Below are positions 9,048 to 19,171 of a stretch of 64,000 bases of DNA, piece by piece. Position 1 is the stretch's first letter. Each line of letters starts with the position of its first letter. The translations under genes and the position numbers were made by a program. The stretch is taken from assembly GCA_945861665.1 (NCBI GenBank), contig CAMAVS010000001.1, forward strand, positions 146,403 to 210,402, in the 5' to 3' direction. Source of the stretch: Chitinophaga pinensis (GTDB taxonomy: Bacteria > Bacteroidota > Bacteroidia > UBA4408). A model generated the notes under the pieces. The model had not been told where the DNA came from. It was given only the letters and a program-made list of their open reading frames with translations, and ran no database searches.

Positions 9048-11477
9048 TTATTTTATATTTATCGGCACAATCATTTTTAAACTAATATTTCTACCCATAT
9101 TATAAACTCCGTTTCTACTTGTAGCATAATTTTCGGGAGCATATTTTAGCCTGCTTAAATGACTTTGATAGGCAACATCGGCAATATTATTTGCATTAAT
9201 GAAAAAAGAAAAAAGCATTTTTCCCTTTCGAGTCACATCACCTCCTAAGCCTGCACTCACAAGCGTATAGGCTGATGTTGCCGTTTCTGTTCCAAAAGCA
9301 GAAAAGAAATTATTTTGTGCCATATAATTCTCTACTTGTACTTTGACAAAAACATTCCTCAACGATTTGCCCATTTTTTTCGCATCAGCCTTTAATTCAG
9401 AAGTAATTTTTGTTGGCGGTGTAAAAGGTAAATACCTAGTTGAATCAGAAGCATTTTTTTGTGTTGCTTGTACATAGCTGATAGCATTTTCAAAATGCAA
9501 CCAATCAAGTGGATGTGGATGTAAATCAATACGCAATTCGCCTCCGTTTAATAATGCATTCCCTTGTTTAAACTCAAATGTAGATATAGGATTAGCTACA
9601 TCAACAATTGAATCTGTTCCTGCTTTACTGCTCAATTTAGAGAGATAAATAAAATTATTTATGATGTTACTAAAAACATCTAATTCAATCGACAAATGGG
9701 TTATATCAATTCCAAATGCAAGGTCTGTTTGCAAACTATTTTCGGGTTTAAGATTACTGTTTCCTATTTCATATCGCCCTACTCCTTCGTGTTCACCATT
9801 GGCTCCAAGCTCACCAATATTGGGCATTCTAAACCCTCGTGACAAATTGAATTTAGAATATACCTTATCACTAAACTGATAGGTAGCGCCTAAACTTCCC
9901 GAATAACCGTTAAATACTTTGGCAAAGGCAGTAAATTGCTGTATTGCTCCCGATAACGATTTATCTGTTGGGGCTCCTAAAGAATCTAAAAACAGCTCTT
10001 CACCTCTCTCTTGTCGTTGATCAAATCGAAACCCTCCGCTAACATCCAATTTTTTGATCGACTTTTTTATCGTAGCAAAAGCACCTATATCGAATAAATT
10101 ATAGGCAGGAACTAAAAATTCTGTTCCTACATTTTGAGATTGTTGTTGCATTCCGTTTATCCCGACAAAAGTTTTAAATCCACTTTTTTCAGGTAATACA
10201 TACCTAACATCGTAATTCATTGTATTGAGCAAAAAGTACAATCCGTATTGATTTGGATTAAACACATCGCCAAATTCCTTACGGTGATTTTGCTGAAAAC
10301 CTGCTATTACTTTTAGTTGCCCTCTGCCAATAATAAAGCTGCTATTAGAAACAAACTTTTTATGATTGATTGATTGACGAGGTGTCCCTAATGAATATGA
10401 AGTAAAGTCACGATCGGCAGCCATAACTTCACTCATTGAAGTATCATTTACTGCAATTGGTTTTATGAATTTACCTGTTGTACTATCTCTATCGCCCTCA
10501 ACAATGGCAAGATTCATACTGTAAGAACTAAAGTGCAAATGGGAGTAGCCCCAACTTTTATTTAAACCTACTATAGCCTTGTAATTGGTTTCATTATAAC
10601 CCGAACCATAAACATAACCATCGTATTTATTACTATAAGCGTGTGCCTGTTTGTTACTAAAACGTGCATCCCAAATAAAGCCTTTTAAGTTGCCGCTAAT
10701 GTTAAAAGAATTTCCTACCAAACCATTATTCGTTTGGTAATTAGAAATGATATTCGCTGCTATTTTTCCTTCAGGCAAGGATGGAGCAGATATCATATTA
10801 ATAACTCCGGCCATTGCATCCGAACCGAAAGCAAGGCTGGCCGGCCCCTTCAACACTTCCACCTTACTTACCGAATACTCATCTATCTCGATGCCGTGTT
10901 CATCGCCCCATTGCTGACCTTCCTGACGAATACCATCGTTCACTACTAACACACGGTTGTAACCCAAACCTCTTATTACAGGTTTTGAAATACCCGAACC
11001 TGTTGTTATTTGAGAAATACCGGGTTGTTTTGCAATGGCATCAATAATGTTCATTGAAGTATTTTGCTGCAACTCTACAGCAGAAATAGTAGTTATGGGA
11101 GTGGCAATTCTTTTTCTTTCACTGGCTTGTGATAATCCGGTAACAACCACTTCGTTCATTTCCTTTACCGATTCATCCAATATAAAATCCCTTACAATAA
11201 TCGTATCAAGATTCAATAAGACTGTATACTCTGAATACCCAATATACTTTAATTGAACAATATACTTCCCCTTCGGTAAATTCTGCATTTTATACAAGCC
11301 GTTGATGTCGGTGGATGCACCAATTTTTAAATCTGGAAAATAAACACTAACGCCAATAAGTGCTTCACCCGTTTGTTTATCGTTCACCTTGCCGCTGAGA
11401 TTAACCTGAGCGAAGGAAGCGGATGTACCTATGTATGCAATACACAAACATACAATGAAAAATAGTTTATATTTCAT
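9048..11477 (-). CDS. TonB-dependent receptor with N-terminal CarboxypepD_reg-like domain
   Basis: Signal peptide; GKVNDKQTGEALIGVSV; plug with KPVIRG and RQEGQQWGDEHGIEID, VEVLKGPASL; barrel ending in MGRN. Confidence 0.93.
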   Translation of the reverse strand: MKYKLFFIVCLCIAYIGTSASFAQVNLSGKVNDKQTGEALIGVSVYFPDLKIGASTDINGLYKMQNLPKGKYIVQLKYIGYSEYTVLLNLDTIIVRDFILDESVKEMNEVVVTGLSQASERKRIATPITTISAVELQQNTSMNIIDAIAKQPGISQITTGSGISKPVIRGLGYNRVLVVNDGIRQEGQQWGDEHGIEIDEYSVSKVEVLKGPASLAFGSDAMAGVINMISAPSLPEGKIAANIISNYQTNNGLVGNSFNISGNLKGFIWDARFSNKQAHAYSNKYDGYVYGSGYNETNYKAIVGLNKSWGYSHLHFSSYSMNLAIVEGDRDSTTGKFIKPIAVNDTSMSEVMAADRDFTSYSLGTPRQSINHKKFVSNSSFIIGRGQLKVIAGFQQNHRKEFGDVFNPNQYGLYFLLNTMNYDVRYVLPEKSGFKTFVGINGMQQQSQNVGTEFLVPAYNLFDIGAFATIKKSIKKLDVSGGFRFDQRQERGEELFLDSLGAPTDKSLSGAIQQFTAFAKVFNGYSGSLGATYQFSDKVYSKFNLSRGFRMPNIGELGANGEHEGVGRYEIGNSNLKPENSLQTDLAFGIDITHLSIELDVFSNIINNFIYLSKLSSKAGTDSIVDVANPISTFEFKQGNALLNGGELRIDLHPHPLDWLHFENAISYVQATQKNASDSTRYLPFTPPTKITSELKADAKKMGKSLRNVFVKVQVENYMAQNNFFSAFGTETATSAYTLVSAGLGGDVTRKGKMLFSFFINANNIADVAYQSHLSRLKYAPENYATSRNGVYNMGRNISLKMIVPINIK

Positions 11478-11546
11478 AAAATTATCTTAAGGTTTATAAA
11501 TGCCAAAGCTTGTTGAATTTCCAACAAACAAAAGCGTAACAATAAA

Positions 11547-11870
11547 TTAAGATAAGGTAGGCGGTCCTCTTAAGGAAAATGAATAAGCACAAGTTGAAGA
11601 TGTTGCTTGCGTTGGAATTTCAACGGAATAAACAAAATAAAAAATTTCTGCAACAAAGGAGTAATGTTGCCTAAAAGGGCTATCGGAAATATTTATTGTA
11701 AAATCACAGATAGAACAGTCGTGTTCTTCTGCATGAAAATGCTTTTCTGTTGTAGTGGTACAATGCGAATCATCCTTGTGCGAATAATCGTGAAACCCTC
11801 TTTCTACTAATGGAAACAGGAAAATTACAAGTAAAAAAAATGCTACAATACTTTTAAAAATATTTGTCAT
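11547..11870 (-). CDS. His/CxxC-rich membrane-anchored leader protein with C-terminal RGPP (DUF2946/CruR-like architecture)
   Basis: Hydrophobic N-terminal helix; HDYSHKDDSHCTTTTEKHFHAEEHDCSIC; ends SLRGPPTLS*; 69 bp before the receptor ATG. Confidence 0.75.
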   Translation of the reverse strand: MTNIFKSIVAFFLLVIFLFPLVERGFHDYSHKDDSHCTTTTEKHFHAEEHDCSICDFTINISDSPFRQHYSFVAEIFYFVYSVEIPTQATSSTCAYSFSLRGPPTLS

Positions 11871-11877
11871 TACATTA

Positions 11878-13194
11878 CTAATGAGATGTAATTTTGTTAT
11901 TGGTAGGTACTCTTAAAAGTAATAAAAAACCAATAATAAAGAAAGCCGTTAAAGCTAATACTGAATTCCTCATACCTCCATTAAATTGACTAATTAAACC
12001 AAATGAAACAGTTCCTAAAATCATTCCCGTTTTTTCCATCACATCGAAAAAACTAAAATAACTGGCATTATCTTCAGTAACAGGTAATAATTTTGAATAA
12101 GTAGAACGTGATAAAGCCTGAACACCACCCATTACCAAACCTACCGATGCAGCTATAATATAAAAGTGAATTGGATAATGTGCTACAGAATAAGTAAAAA
12201 CACAAATACATATCCAAATAAATATAGCAATCATCAATGCCCTTATATTTCCTATTTTACGAGAAATAAAAGAGAATAAAAAAGAACCTGCTATTCCCAC
12301 AAATTGAATTAAAAGGATGCTTATAATAAGTGAGTTTGTTTTTATTTTTTCGGCTTCAGGACCTAGTCCCCATTCAATTTCTTTACGTGCAAAAATAACA
12401 GCCATCACCATAATCGTTTGCACACCCATATTATAAAAAAAGTAGGACGCTAAAAAACGTCTTAACTCCAAACGAGTGAGGATATCGGCAAACACATTTT
12501 TAATTTCTTTAAAACCATGACTAATTATTCCTTTTTTATCATCTTTTCTTACTCTTGTTTCGGGCGAAGGAATTACCATAAATGGATATTGAGCAAATCC
12601 CATCCACCAAATACCAACACCAAAGAAAGCAAATTTAGCAGGCATTTTAAATACTATAATTCCTACCAAACATATTATAAGCAATAAGGAACTTCCTAAA
12701 TATCCCATAGCAAAACCTCTGGCACTAACTTTATCTTGATCTGCCGTATCAGCAATTTCGGGAAGGTAAGAGTTGTAGTATACCAAACTTCCCCAAAAAC
12801 CTATAGTGGCACTTATGAAAGGAATAAAACTTAATTCTAAATGAAGTCTGTCAAAAAAGCACAAACACATACAAGAGATTGCACCCAAATAGCAGAAAAA
12901 CTGCAGGAATCTCTTTTTATTACCATAATAATCTGCTATACCGGATAAAATGGGAACAGACAATACCACTATCAATAAAGCAAAAGCATATACATAGGAA
13001 TAAACATCTTGGTTGTGAAAATTAAATCCTAAAAAATTAACAACATCTCCAATATCCTTGCCTGTTTCATCGTGACTGGTTTTATACTCATAAAAATTTG
13101 GAAAAATAGCTGAAGTAATCACCAATGGAAAAACAGAATTTGCCCAATCGTAAAACGTCCAAGCCCTTATTACCTTTTTATCGTTTTTTATCAC
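11878..13194 (-). CDS. MFS transporter (UMF1/Atg22-like)
   Basis: RAWTFYDWANS N-terminus, about 12 hydrophobic helices, GGVQALSRS motif. Confidence 0.9.
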   Translation of the reverse strand: MIKNDKKVIRAWTFYDWANSVFPLVITSAIFPNFYEYKTSHDETGKDIGDVVNFLGFNFHNQDVYSYVYAFALLIVVLSVPILSGIADYYGNKKRFLQFFCYLGAISCMCLCFFDRLHLELSFIPFISATIGFWGSLVYYNSYLPEIADTADQDKVSARGFAMGYLGSSLLLIICLVGIIVFKMPAKFAFFGVGIWWMGFAQYPFMVIPSPETRVRKDDKKGIISHGFKEIKNVFADILTRLELRRFLASYFFYNMGVQTIMVMAVIFARKEIEWGLGPEAEKIKTNSLIISILLIQFVGIAGSFLFSFISRKIGNIRALMIAIFIWICICVFTYSVAHYPIHFYIIAASVGLVMGGVQALSRSTYSKLLPVTEDNASYFSFFDVMEKTGMILGTVSFGLISQFNGGMRNSVLALTAFFIIGFLLLLRVPTNNKITSH

Positions 13195-13262
13195 GGTGTT
13201 GATATTAACAGTTTCTTAAACAAAACTAAGGTAAAAAAATCAGTTTCCTAAATAATTTCTAT

Positions 13263-14282
13263 TTAGAAATTATACTCATTCAACTGCTTCCAAAGCAAAT
13301 CTTTCAGCTCGGTAAGTCCTTTTTGAGTATGCGATGAAAAGAAGAGTACAGGAATTTTATTTTTACCTTTTAATTTTCTGTTGAGCTCTGATAAAAGTGC
13401 TTTCTCCAGTTCAGCATCCAATAAATCAGATTTTGAAATCGCCATTATTCTTTTTTTATCAAGCAATTCGGGATTATACAATTTCAATTCGTTCAGCAAT
13501 ATTTTATATTCGGTAAATATATCCTTGGTGTCGGAAGGAATTAAAAACAACAACATTGAGTTACGTTCAATGTGTCGCAAAAAACGTATACCCAAACCTT
13601 TTCCTTCGTGTGCACCTTCAATGATACCCGGAATATCGGCCATTACAAATGATTTATAATCGTGGTACTGAACAATACCTAAATTGGGAACCAAAGTTGT
13701 AAAAGCATAATTTGCAATTTCGGGCTTGGCAGCAGAAACAACCGACAACAAGGTCGACTTTCCCGCATTTGGAAAACCAACCAAACCAACATCAGCCAAT
13801 ATTTTTAATTCCAATATCATCCACTCTTCCTTTCCATCTTCTCCCGGTTGTGCAAAACGAGGCGTTTGCATGGTAGGTGATTTAAAATTATCGTTACCCA
13901 AACCACCCCTTCCTCCTGCCACCAATATTCTTTGTTCGCCCTCTTCTTTTATTTCAAAAAGTATTTCACCTGTCTCAGCATTTCTTGCAATAGTACCCAA
14001 GGGAACTTCCAATATTTCATCTGTTCCTTCGGCACCCGACTTTAAAGAGCTTCCTCCGTGTCCGCCCGGTTCGGCAATAATGTGTTTTCTGTATTTTAAG
14101 TGAATCAAGGTCCACAGTTGCTTATTGCCTCTGAGTATAATGTGTCCACCTCTCCCTCCGTTCCCACCATCGGGGCCACCTTTAGAAGTTAGTTTACTAC
14201 GGTGTAAGTGCGCAGAGCCTCCACCACCCTTTCCCGAGCGACAACATATCTTCACATAATCAACAAAATTGGAATCTGCCAT
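13263..14282 (-). CDS. obgE: GTPase ObgE/CgtA
   Basis: NFVDYVKI, Gly-rich Obg fold, [22 protein letters not shown]. Start set at MADSNF (14282) because the longer ORF overlaps adk. Confidence 0.97.
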   Translation of the reverse strand: MADSNFVDYVKICCRSGKGGGGSAHLHRSKLTSKGGPDGGNGGRGGHIILRGNKQLWTLIHLKYRKHIIAEPGGHGGSSLKSGAEGTDEILEVPLGTIARNAETGEILFEIKEEGEQRILVAGGRGGLGNDNFKSPTMQTPRFAQPGEDGKEEWMILELKILADVGLVGFPNAGKSTLLSVVSAAKPEIANYAFTTLVPNLGIVQYHDYKSFVMADIPGIIEGAHEGKGLGIRFLRHIERNSMLLFLIPSDTKDIFTEYKILLNELKLYNPELLDKKRIMAISKSDLLDAELEKALLSELNRKLKGKNKIPVLFFSSHTQKGLTELKDLLWKQLNEYNF

Positions 14283-14304
14283 AAAAACTTGAACTGTTAT
14301 TGTA

Positions 14305-14877
14305 TTAAATACTGTCAATTGTTTTACAAAGTGCGTTAAAAATAACATCAATTTCTCCGATACCATTTACTCCGCAATACTTATTTTGCTTCCCATAAAA
14401 ATCTTTTACGGGAGCTGTTTCGTTATTATATACATCAATTCGTTTTTGAATAACCGAAGGGGCTTGATCATCTGCTCTACCTGAATCTTTGCCTCTAAGC
14501 AATAATCGTTTTTTTAATTCACCTTCTTCTACTTCAAGCGCAAGCATTTTGCTGATGCTAGTATTTTTACTTTTTAACAAATTGTCCAAGGCCTCAGCTT
14601 GTGCTTGGGTACGAGGAAATCCGTCAAAAATAAATCCCTTTGCTGACGAATGCTTGTTCACTTCGCTTTCCAGCATACGTATGGTAACTTCATCAGGTAC
14701 TAATTGTCCTTTTTCCATGTAACTTTTAGCAAGCTGCCCGAGTTCGGTTTCGCCTTTTATGTTTGCACGAAAAATGTCGCCAGTTGATAAGTGTACTAGG
14801 TTATAATGCGCAATTAATTTTTCACTTTGAGTTCCCTTGCCTGCTCCAGGAGGTCCAAATAAAATGATGTTTAACAT
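14305..14877 (-). CDS. adk: Adenylate kinase (short-LID type)
   Basis: [23 protein letters not shown]. Confidence 0.97.
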   Translation of the reverse strand: MLNIILFGPPGAGKGTQSEKLIAHYNLVHLSTGDIFRANIKGETELGQLAKSYMEKGQLVPDEVTIRMLESEVNKHSSAKGFIFDGFPRTQAQAEALDNLLKSKNTSISKMLALEVEEGELKKRLLLRGKDSGRADDQAPSVIQKRIDVYNNETAPVKDFYGKQNKYCGVNGIGEIDVIFNALCKTIDSI

Positions 14878-14892
14878 AACGTTTGATTATGA

Positions 14893-15432
14893 TTATTTTT
14901 TTATCAATGTATAAATGTGCTCTAAGTTTCTTCCTTGTCCATCGTAATCAAGCCCGTAACCTACTAAAAAATTGTTTGGCACTTCAATTCCTACATAGTC
15001 AATATTTCTATTACCGGTATATGCATCGGGCTTAAATAAGAGGGTTGCTACTTTTATTGAAGCGGCCTGTTTTCTTTCCAAATCTACAAACAATTTTTCC
15101 AGTGTAATTCCTGTATCCACAATGTCTTCCAAAATAACAACCGTCCTGCCTTTTACATCTTCATTCATTCCAATAAGTTGGCTCACATTTCCAGTAGTAG
15201 CCATTCCTTGGTAGGAAGATAGTTTCACAAAAGATATTTCACACTCTACCTTAATGTTTCGTAATAAATCGGCAGCGAACAAAAAAGAACCGTTTAAAAT
15301 GGCTAAAAACAAAGGATTTGAACTTTGTAGTTCAGCATTCATTTGTGCAGCCATTGAATTCACTGCACTTGTAATATCCTGCGATTGAATAAACAACTCA
15401 AATTCTTTATCCTTTATGGTAACTGTACTCAT
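14893..15432 (-). CDS. hpt: Hypoxanthine phosphoribosyltransferase
   Basis: ILNGSFLF, VILEDIVDTG, FLVGYGLDY. Confidence 0.95.
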   Translation of the reverse strand: MSTVTIKDKEFELFIQSQDITSAVNSMAAQMNAELQSSNPLFLAILNGSFLFAADLLRNIKVECEISFVKLSSYQGMATTGNVSQLIGMNEDVKGRTVVILEDIVDTGITLEKLFVDLERKQAASIKVATLLFKPDAYTGNRNIDYVGIEVPNNFLVGYGLDYDGQGRNLEHIYTLIKK

Positions 15433-15456
15433 TTTATAGCCTTTATTTAGGACTCA

Positions 15457-15464
15457 CAAAGATA
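15457..15464 (-). promoter_or_regulatory. -7 promoter element for hpt-adk-obgE cluster
   Basis: TATCTTTG on the minus strand 25 bp upstream of the hpt ATG. Confidence 0.65.
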
Positions 15465-17066
15465 ATGAATATAGTTTACGCTTTTGTTACGCTAATTTGT
15501 TTTATTTTTATGCAATCTAAACTAAACATATTGGAATTCATACTTCCCTTTATTTACTTTTTTGTTTTTGTTGCCATTGTATTCAAGGTAAACTTTTTTA
15601 ACAGTGCTGTTTTATCTCGACAAAGCAGCGCGATACTCTATACCATTAAAGTATTGGCAGGCATTGTGTTCTATTTGGCATACACCTATTACTATAATTA
15701 TTATACTACAAGCGATGCCTATAAATATTTTCAAGACAGCACCATACTTTTTAATTCATTAAAGGAAAACCCACTGCATTACATACAAATGCTCACCGGA
15801 ATAAATAGCAGCGACAGCGAATTGGTGAAGTATTACGAAGAAATGAATTATTGGTTTACGGGAATTGAAAATAATATTTTTAACGATAACAGAACCGTTA
15901 TCCGCTTTAATGCTTTTGTTTATTTATTCTCTTCAGGTAATTTTTACGTGCATATTTTATTTATATGTTTCCTATCATTTTCAGGATTGGTAGCATTATT
16001 GAAAGCTTTTGTAATGATGGTTCCTAACAGGCGAAATGAATTTATTGTTGCCGTATTCCTAATTCCTTCGGTGCTTTTTTGGACTAGCGGAGTGCTTAAA
16101 GAAGGCTTACTGGTATTTGGTCTAGGTTTTTTCGTTTATTCATTTACTCGAATACTTTTCGATTATGGAAAAAAATGGATGAACTATCTGGGAATTATCC
16201 TCTTTGCTTTTGCAATCCTGATGAGCAAAGCATACATACTTTTCGTACTAATTCCGGGAATATTCACCTTGTTCTTTTTACGTTTTGTGCCCCTCGATAG
16301 CTATCGGGGCAAGAAACAAGCTTATGTTATTTTAGGAACACTTGTATTGCTTGTTACGATTGGAGCAGCGATTATTAGTAAAAATGAAACCATTAACCCA
16401 TTAAGTATTATCGCAAAAAAGCAAAGCGACTTTATTAATTTGGCAAACGGTGGAACCTATTTTAAAATAAACAATGCGAAATGCGATACCATATTTTTAA
16501 AGTATGGTGATGAAAAACAAATTATAAATACAGGCAATTCCAAAGCCTATAAATTGAAAAGCAATACTGAATATTATACTTGGTATAAAGGGCGTATCAT
16601 CGATACCATTACCATTACAGCTAACGACACACTTACCTGTAAAATGTTGGCGCAATTTAACCAAACAGTCAGTAAAATAGAAATACATAAGCTGCAACCT
16701 ACACTGCTGAGTTTTCTTAAAAATACACCGCAAGCAATTTTTAATGGCTTATTCCGACCAACATTTGCGGATGAAGACAAAACATTTATGAAATTATGCG
16801 CCATTGAAAATTATTTTTTATTGTTCACAATTTTTCTTTCTATTATTTTCTTTAAAAAACCTAAAAATGGAGAGTGGAGTTTTATAATTTTATGTATATC
16901 TTTCACTTTATTGTTAGCTGTACTTATAGGCTTTACAACACCTGTTTTAGGAGCGCTTGTACGGTACAAAGTGCCATTGTTACCTTTTATTTTCGGGTGC
17001 TTTTTTATTCTCATAAACCCCCGCGTTACAAAACCATTAGGTTGGATTGGCAAACTTCTCTATTAG
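15465..17066 (+). CDS. Multi-pass membrane protein, possibly polysaccharide polymerase/GT-C-like, with a large soluble loop
   Basis: About 11-12 hydrophobic segments, a hydrophilic loop around residues 305-440, and C-terminal GALVRYKVP. True start may be ATG 15510. Function not determinable. Confidence 0.55.
   Translation: MNIVYAFVTLICFIFMQSKLNILEFILPFIYFFVFVAIVFKVNFFNSAVLSRQSSAILYTIKVLAGIVFYLAYTYYYNYYTTSDAYKYFQDSTILFNSLKENPLHYIQMLTGINSSDSELVKYYEEMNYWFTGIENNIFNDNRTVIRFNAFVYLFSSGNFYVHILFICFLSFSGLVALLKAFVMMVPNRRNEFIVAVFLIPSVLFWTSGVLKEGLLVFGLGFFVYSFTRILFDYGKKWMNYLGIILFAFAILMSKAYILFVLIPGIFTLFFLRFVPLDSYRGKKQAYVILGTLVLLVTIGAAIISKNETINPLSIIAKKQSDFINLANGGTYFKINNAKCDTIFLKYGDEKQIINTGNSKAYKLKSNTEYYTWYKGRIIDTITITANDTLTCKMLAQFNQTVSKIEIHKLQPTLLSFLKNTPQAIFNGLFRPTFADEDKTFMKLCAIENYFLLFTIFLSIIFFKKPKNGEWSFIILCISFTLLLAVLIGFTTPVLGALVRYKVPLLPFIFGCFFILINPRVTKPLGWIGKLLY
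16293..16308. repeat. Palindrome CTCGATAGCTATCGGG, copy 1 (inside CDS)
   Basis: Identical to 21204-21219; self-complementary apart from one T/G pair. Confidence 0.75.
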
Positions 17067-17252
17067 CTGTTTTTTTTAAAGAACTAACAGTAACAGAGCA
17101 ATTGTAATTCTACGAATTATTAGCTTCTAACGTGTCCAACTTTGTAAGGAATCTGGCAATAATCTCAACAGTTATATAAATTAAAGCTAATAACGTTCTG
17201 CTTTAATTAGGTTTTTAAAAAGTTCGTAAATTGCATACTAAATTTTAAACCG

Positions 17253-17260
17253 TATATTTG
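17253..17260 (+). promoter_or_regulatory. -7 promoter element for pyrR-pyrB
   Basis: TATATTTG ending 14 bp before the pyrR ATG. Confidence 0.7.
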
Positions 17261-17274
17261 CCCAATCAAATTAA

Positions 17275-17820
17275 ATGAATCAGCGAGTAATTTTAAACCA
17301 ACAAAGTTTTGAAATAACCATCGCTCGATTATGCCACCAGCTAATCGAAAACCACAATGATTTTACTAATTCAGCTATCATAGGTCTGCAACCCAGAGGG
17401 ATACTGTTGGCTAAACGCATTCATTCAGAACTATCCAAAATACTGGGTAACAATACTCTCCTTTTCGGAAATTTAGACGTTACTTTTTTCCGCGATGACT
17501 TTAGAAGAAGAGAAACCCCTTTGGTTGCAAATGCGACTAAAATGGATTTTATAATCGAAAATAAAAATGTGATACTGGTAGACGATGTGTTGTACACCGG
17601 TCGTACCATACGTGCCGGACTGGATGCAATGCTTGCATACGGCAGACCCAAAAAAGTAGAATTGCTGGTACTTATTGACAGAAGATACAACCGCGACTTG
17701 CCCATACAACCCGATTATACAGGCAAATCAGTTGATACCATTTCATCGGAAAAAGTGAAAGTGTTGTGGAAAGAAACAGAAAACAAGGACGAAGTGATAC
17801 TCATAAACGAAAAAAATTAA
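17275..17820 (+). CDS. pyrR: Bifunctional pyrimidine regulator PyrR/uracil phosphoribosyltransferase
   Basis: LDVTFFRDD, LVDDVLYTGRTIRA, DRR...LPIQPDY; directly upstream of pyrB. Confidence 0.95.
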   Translation: MNQRVILNQQSFEITIARLCHQLIENHNDFTNSAIIGLQPRGILLAKRIHSELSKILGNNTLLFGNLDVTFFRDDFRRRETPLVANATKMDFIIENKNVILVDDVLYTGRTIRAGLDAMLAYGRPKKVELLVLIDRRYNRDLPIQPDYTGKSVDTISSEKVKVLWKETENKDEVILINEKN

Positions 17821-17824
17821 TTAA

Positions 17825-18748
17825 ATGAACCTAAGCGTAAAACACTTACTTGGAATAAAAGACCTTAGCCCACAAGACATTGAATTAATTTTTACCACTG
17901 CCGATAATTTTAAAGAAGTAATCAATCGCCCCATAAAAAAAGTACCTTCTTTACGCGACACAACCATTGCCAACCTCTTTTTCGAAAACTCAACACGCAC
18001 CAAACTTTCCTTTGAACTTGCCGAAAAAAGATTAAGTGCCGATGTGCTCAACTTTTCGGCTTCTGGATCATCGGTGAGCAAGGGCGAAACTTTAATTGAT
18101 ACAGTAAACAATATACTGGCAATGAAAGTGGATATGGTGGTGATGCGCCATCCCAATCCAGGGGCTGCCATTTTATTATCCAAACACATTGATGCAACCA
18201 TTATAAATGCCGGTGATGGGGCACACGAACATCCTACCCAAGCATTGCTTGACGCCTACTCCATTCGTCAAAAATACGGTGAAGTAAAAGGGAAAAAAGT
18301 AGTAATAGTAGGTGATATTCTGCACTCACGCGTTGCCTTATCAAACATTTTTTGTCTGCAAAAACTAGGTGCCAAAGTAATGGTGTGTGGGCCAACCACC
18401 TTAATACCTAAATACATTAATTCCCTGAATGTAAAGGTAGAACACAACCTTAAAAAAGCGCTTGAATGGTGTGATGTAGCAAATATGTTACGGATACAGC
18501 TAGAAAGACAAGATATAAAATATTTCCCTTCACTCCGTGAGTATACTATGCTTTACGGTCTCGATAAGAAGCTCCTTGATTCCCTTTCAAAAGAAATTAC
18601 TGTGATGCACCCCGGCCCGATTAACCGAGGGGTGGAAATAACCAGCGATGTTGCCGACTCCAAGCAGTCGGTAATACTTGAACAAGTTGAAAACGGGGTA
18701 GCTGTAAGAATGGCTGTATTATACCTACTTGCCGCCAACATTGGCTGA
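17825..18748 (+). CDS. pyrB: Aspartate carbamoyltransferase catalytic subunit
   Basis: FFENSTRT, HPTQALLD, MHPGPINRG. Confidence 0.98.
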   Translation: MNLSVKHLLGIKDLSPQDIELIFTTADNFKEVINRPIKKVPSLRDTTIANLFFENSTRTKLSFELAEKRLSADVLNFSASGSSVSKGETLIDTVNNILAMKVDMVVMRHPNPGAAILLSKHIDATIINAGDGAHEHPTQALLDAYSIRQKYGEVKGKKVVIVGDILHSRVALSNIFCLQKLGAKVMVCGPTTLIPKYINSLNVKVEHNLKKALEWCDVANMLRIQLERQDIKYFPSLREYTMLYGLDKKLLDSLSKEITVMHPGPINRGVEITSDVADSKQSVILEQVENGVAVRMAVLYLLAANIG

Positions 18749-18783
18749 TTAAAAAAATTACACTATTTACATTTTTATTTTTT

Positions 18784-18791
18784 TACCTTTG
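18784..18791 (+). promoter_or_regulatory. -7 promoter element for STAS-rnz
   Basis: TACCTTTG ending 16 bp before the STAS ATG. Confidence 0.65.
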
Positions 18792-18807
18792 CTCAAAGCA
18801 TTTTAAT

Positions 18808-19143
18808 ATGATTTTTACGATAGACAAACAAGCGCAATATACTGTAGTTAAAGTAAATGCCGAAATGCTTGATAGTACTATATCTCCGGGATTAAAGTCG
18901 GAATTGGTAATATTGAGCGGAGAGGGTGCGAAAAATATTATTTTGGATTTAAGTAGTACTCGTTATTGTGACTCTTCGGGACTTAGTGCCATTTTGGTTG
19001 CAAACCGTTTGTGTAAAAACGTAAACGGAATTTTAGTGTTGATTGGGATTCAAGAGGCTGTAAACAAGTTAATCGCTATTTCTCAACTCGATTCGATATT
19101 AACGATTACTCCCACATTAGAAGATGCTGTTAAACGTATTTAA
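18808..19143 (+). CDS. STAS domain anti-sigma factor antagonist
   Basis: IILDLSSTRYCDSSGLSAIL with the conserved phospho-Ser motif DSSG. Confidence 0.92.
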   Translation: MIFTIDKQAQYTVVKVNAEMLDSTISPGLKSELVILSGEGAKNIILDLSSTRYCDSSGLSAILVANRLCKNVNGILVLIGIQEAVNKLIAISQLDSILTITPTLEDAVKRI

Positions 19144-19171
19144 AAAATACTTAAACAAAACCTTCTAAGCC

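Noticed and set aside
11478-11546. Cobalamin or TPP riboswitch ahead of the TonB receptor
   Set aside because: The gap is only 69 bp and has none of the conserved riboswitch motifs.
17067-17274. PyrR attenuator upstream of pyrR-pyrB
   Set aside because: The -7 element ends 14 bp before the ATG, leaving no room for a leader, and I saw no PyrR binding-loop motif.
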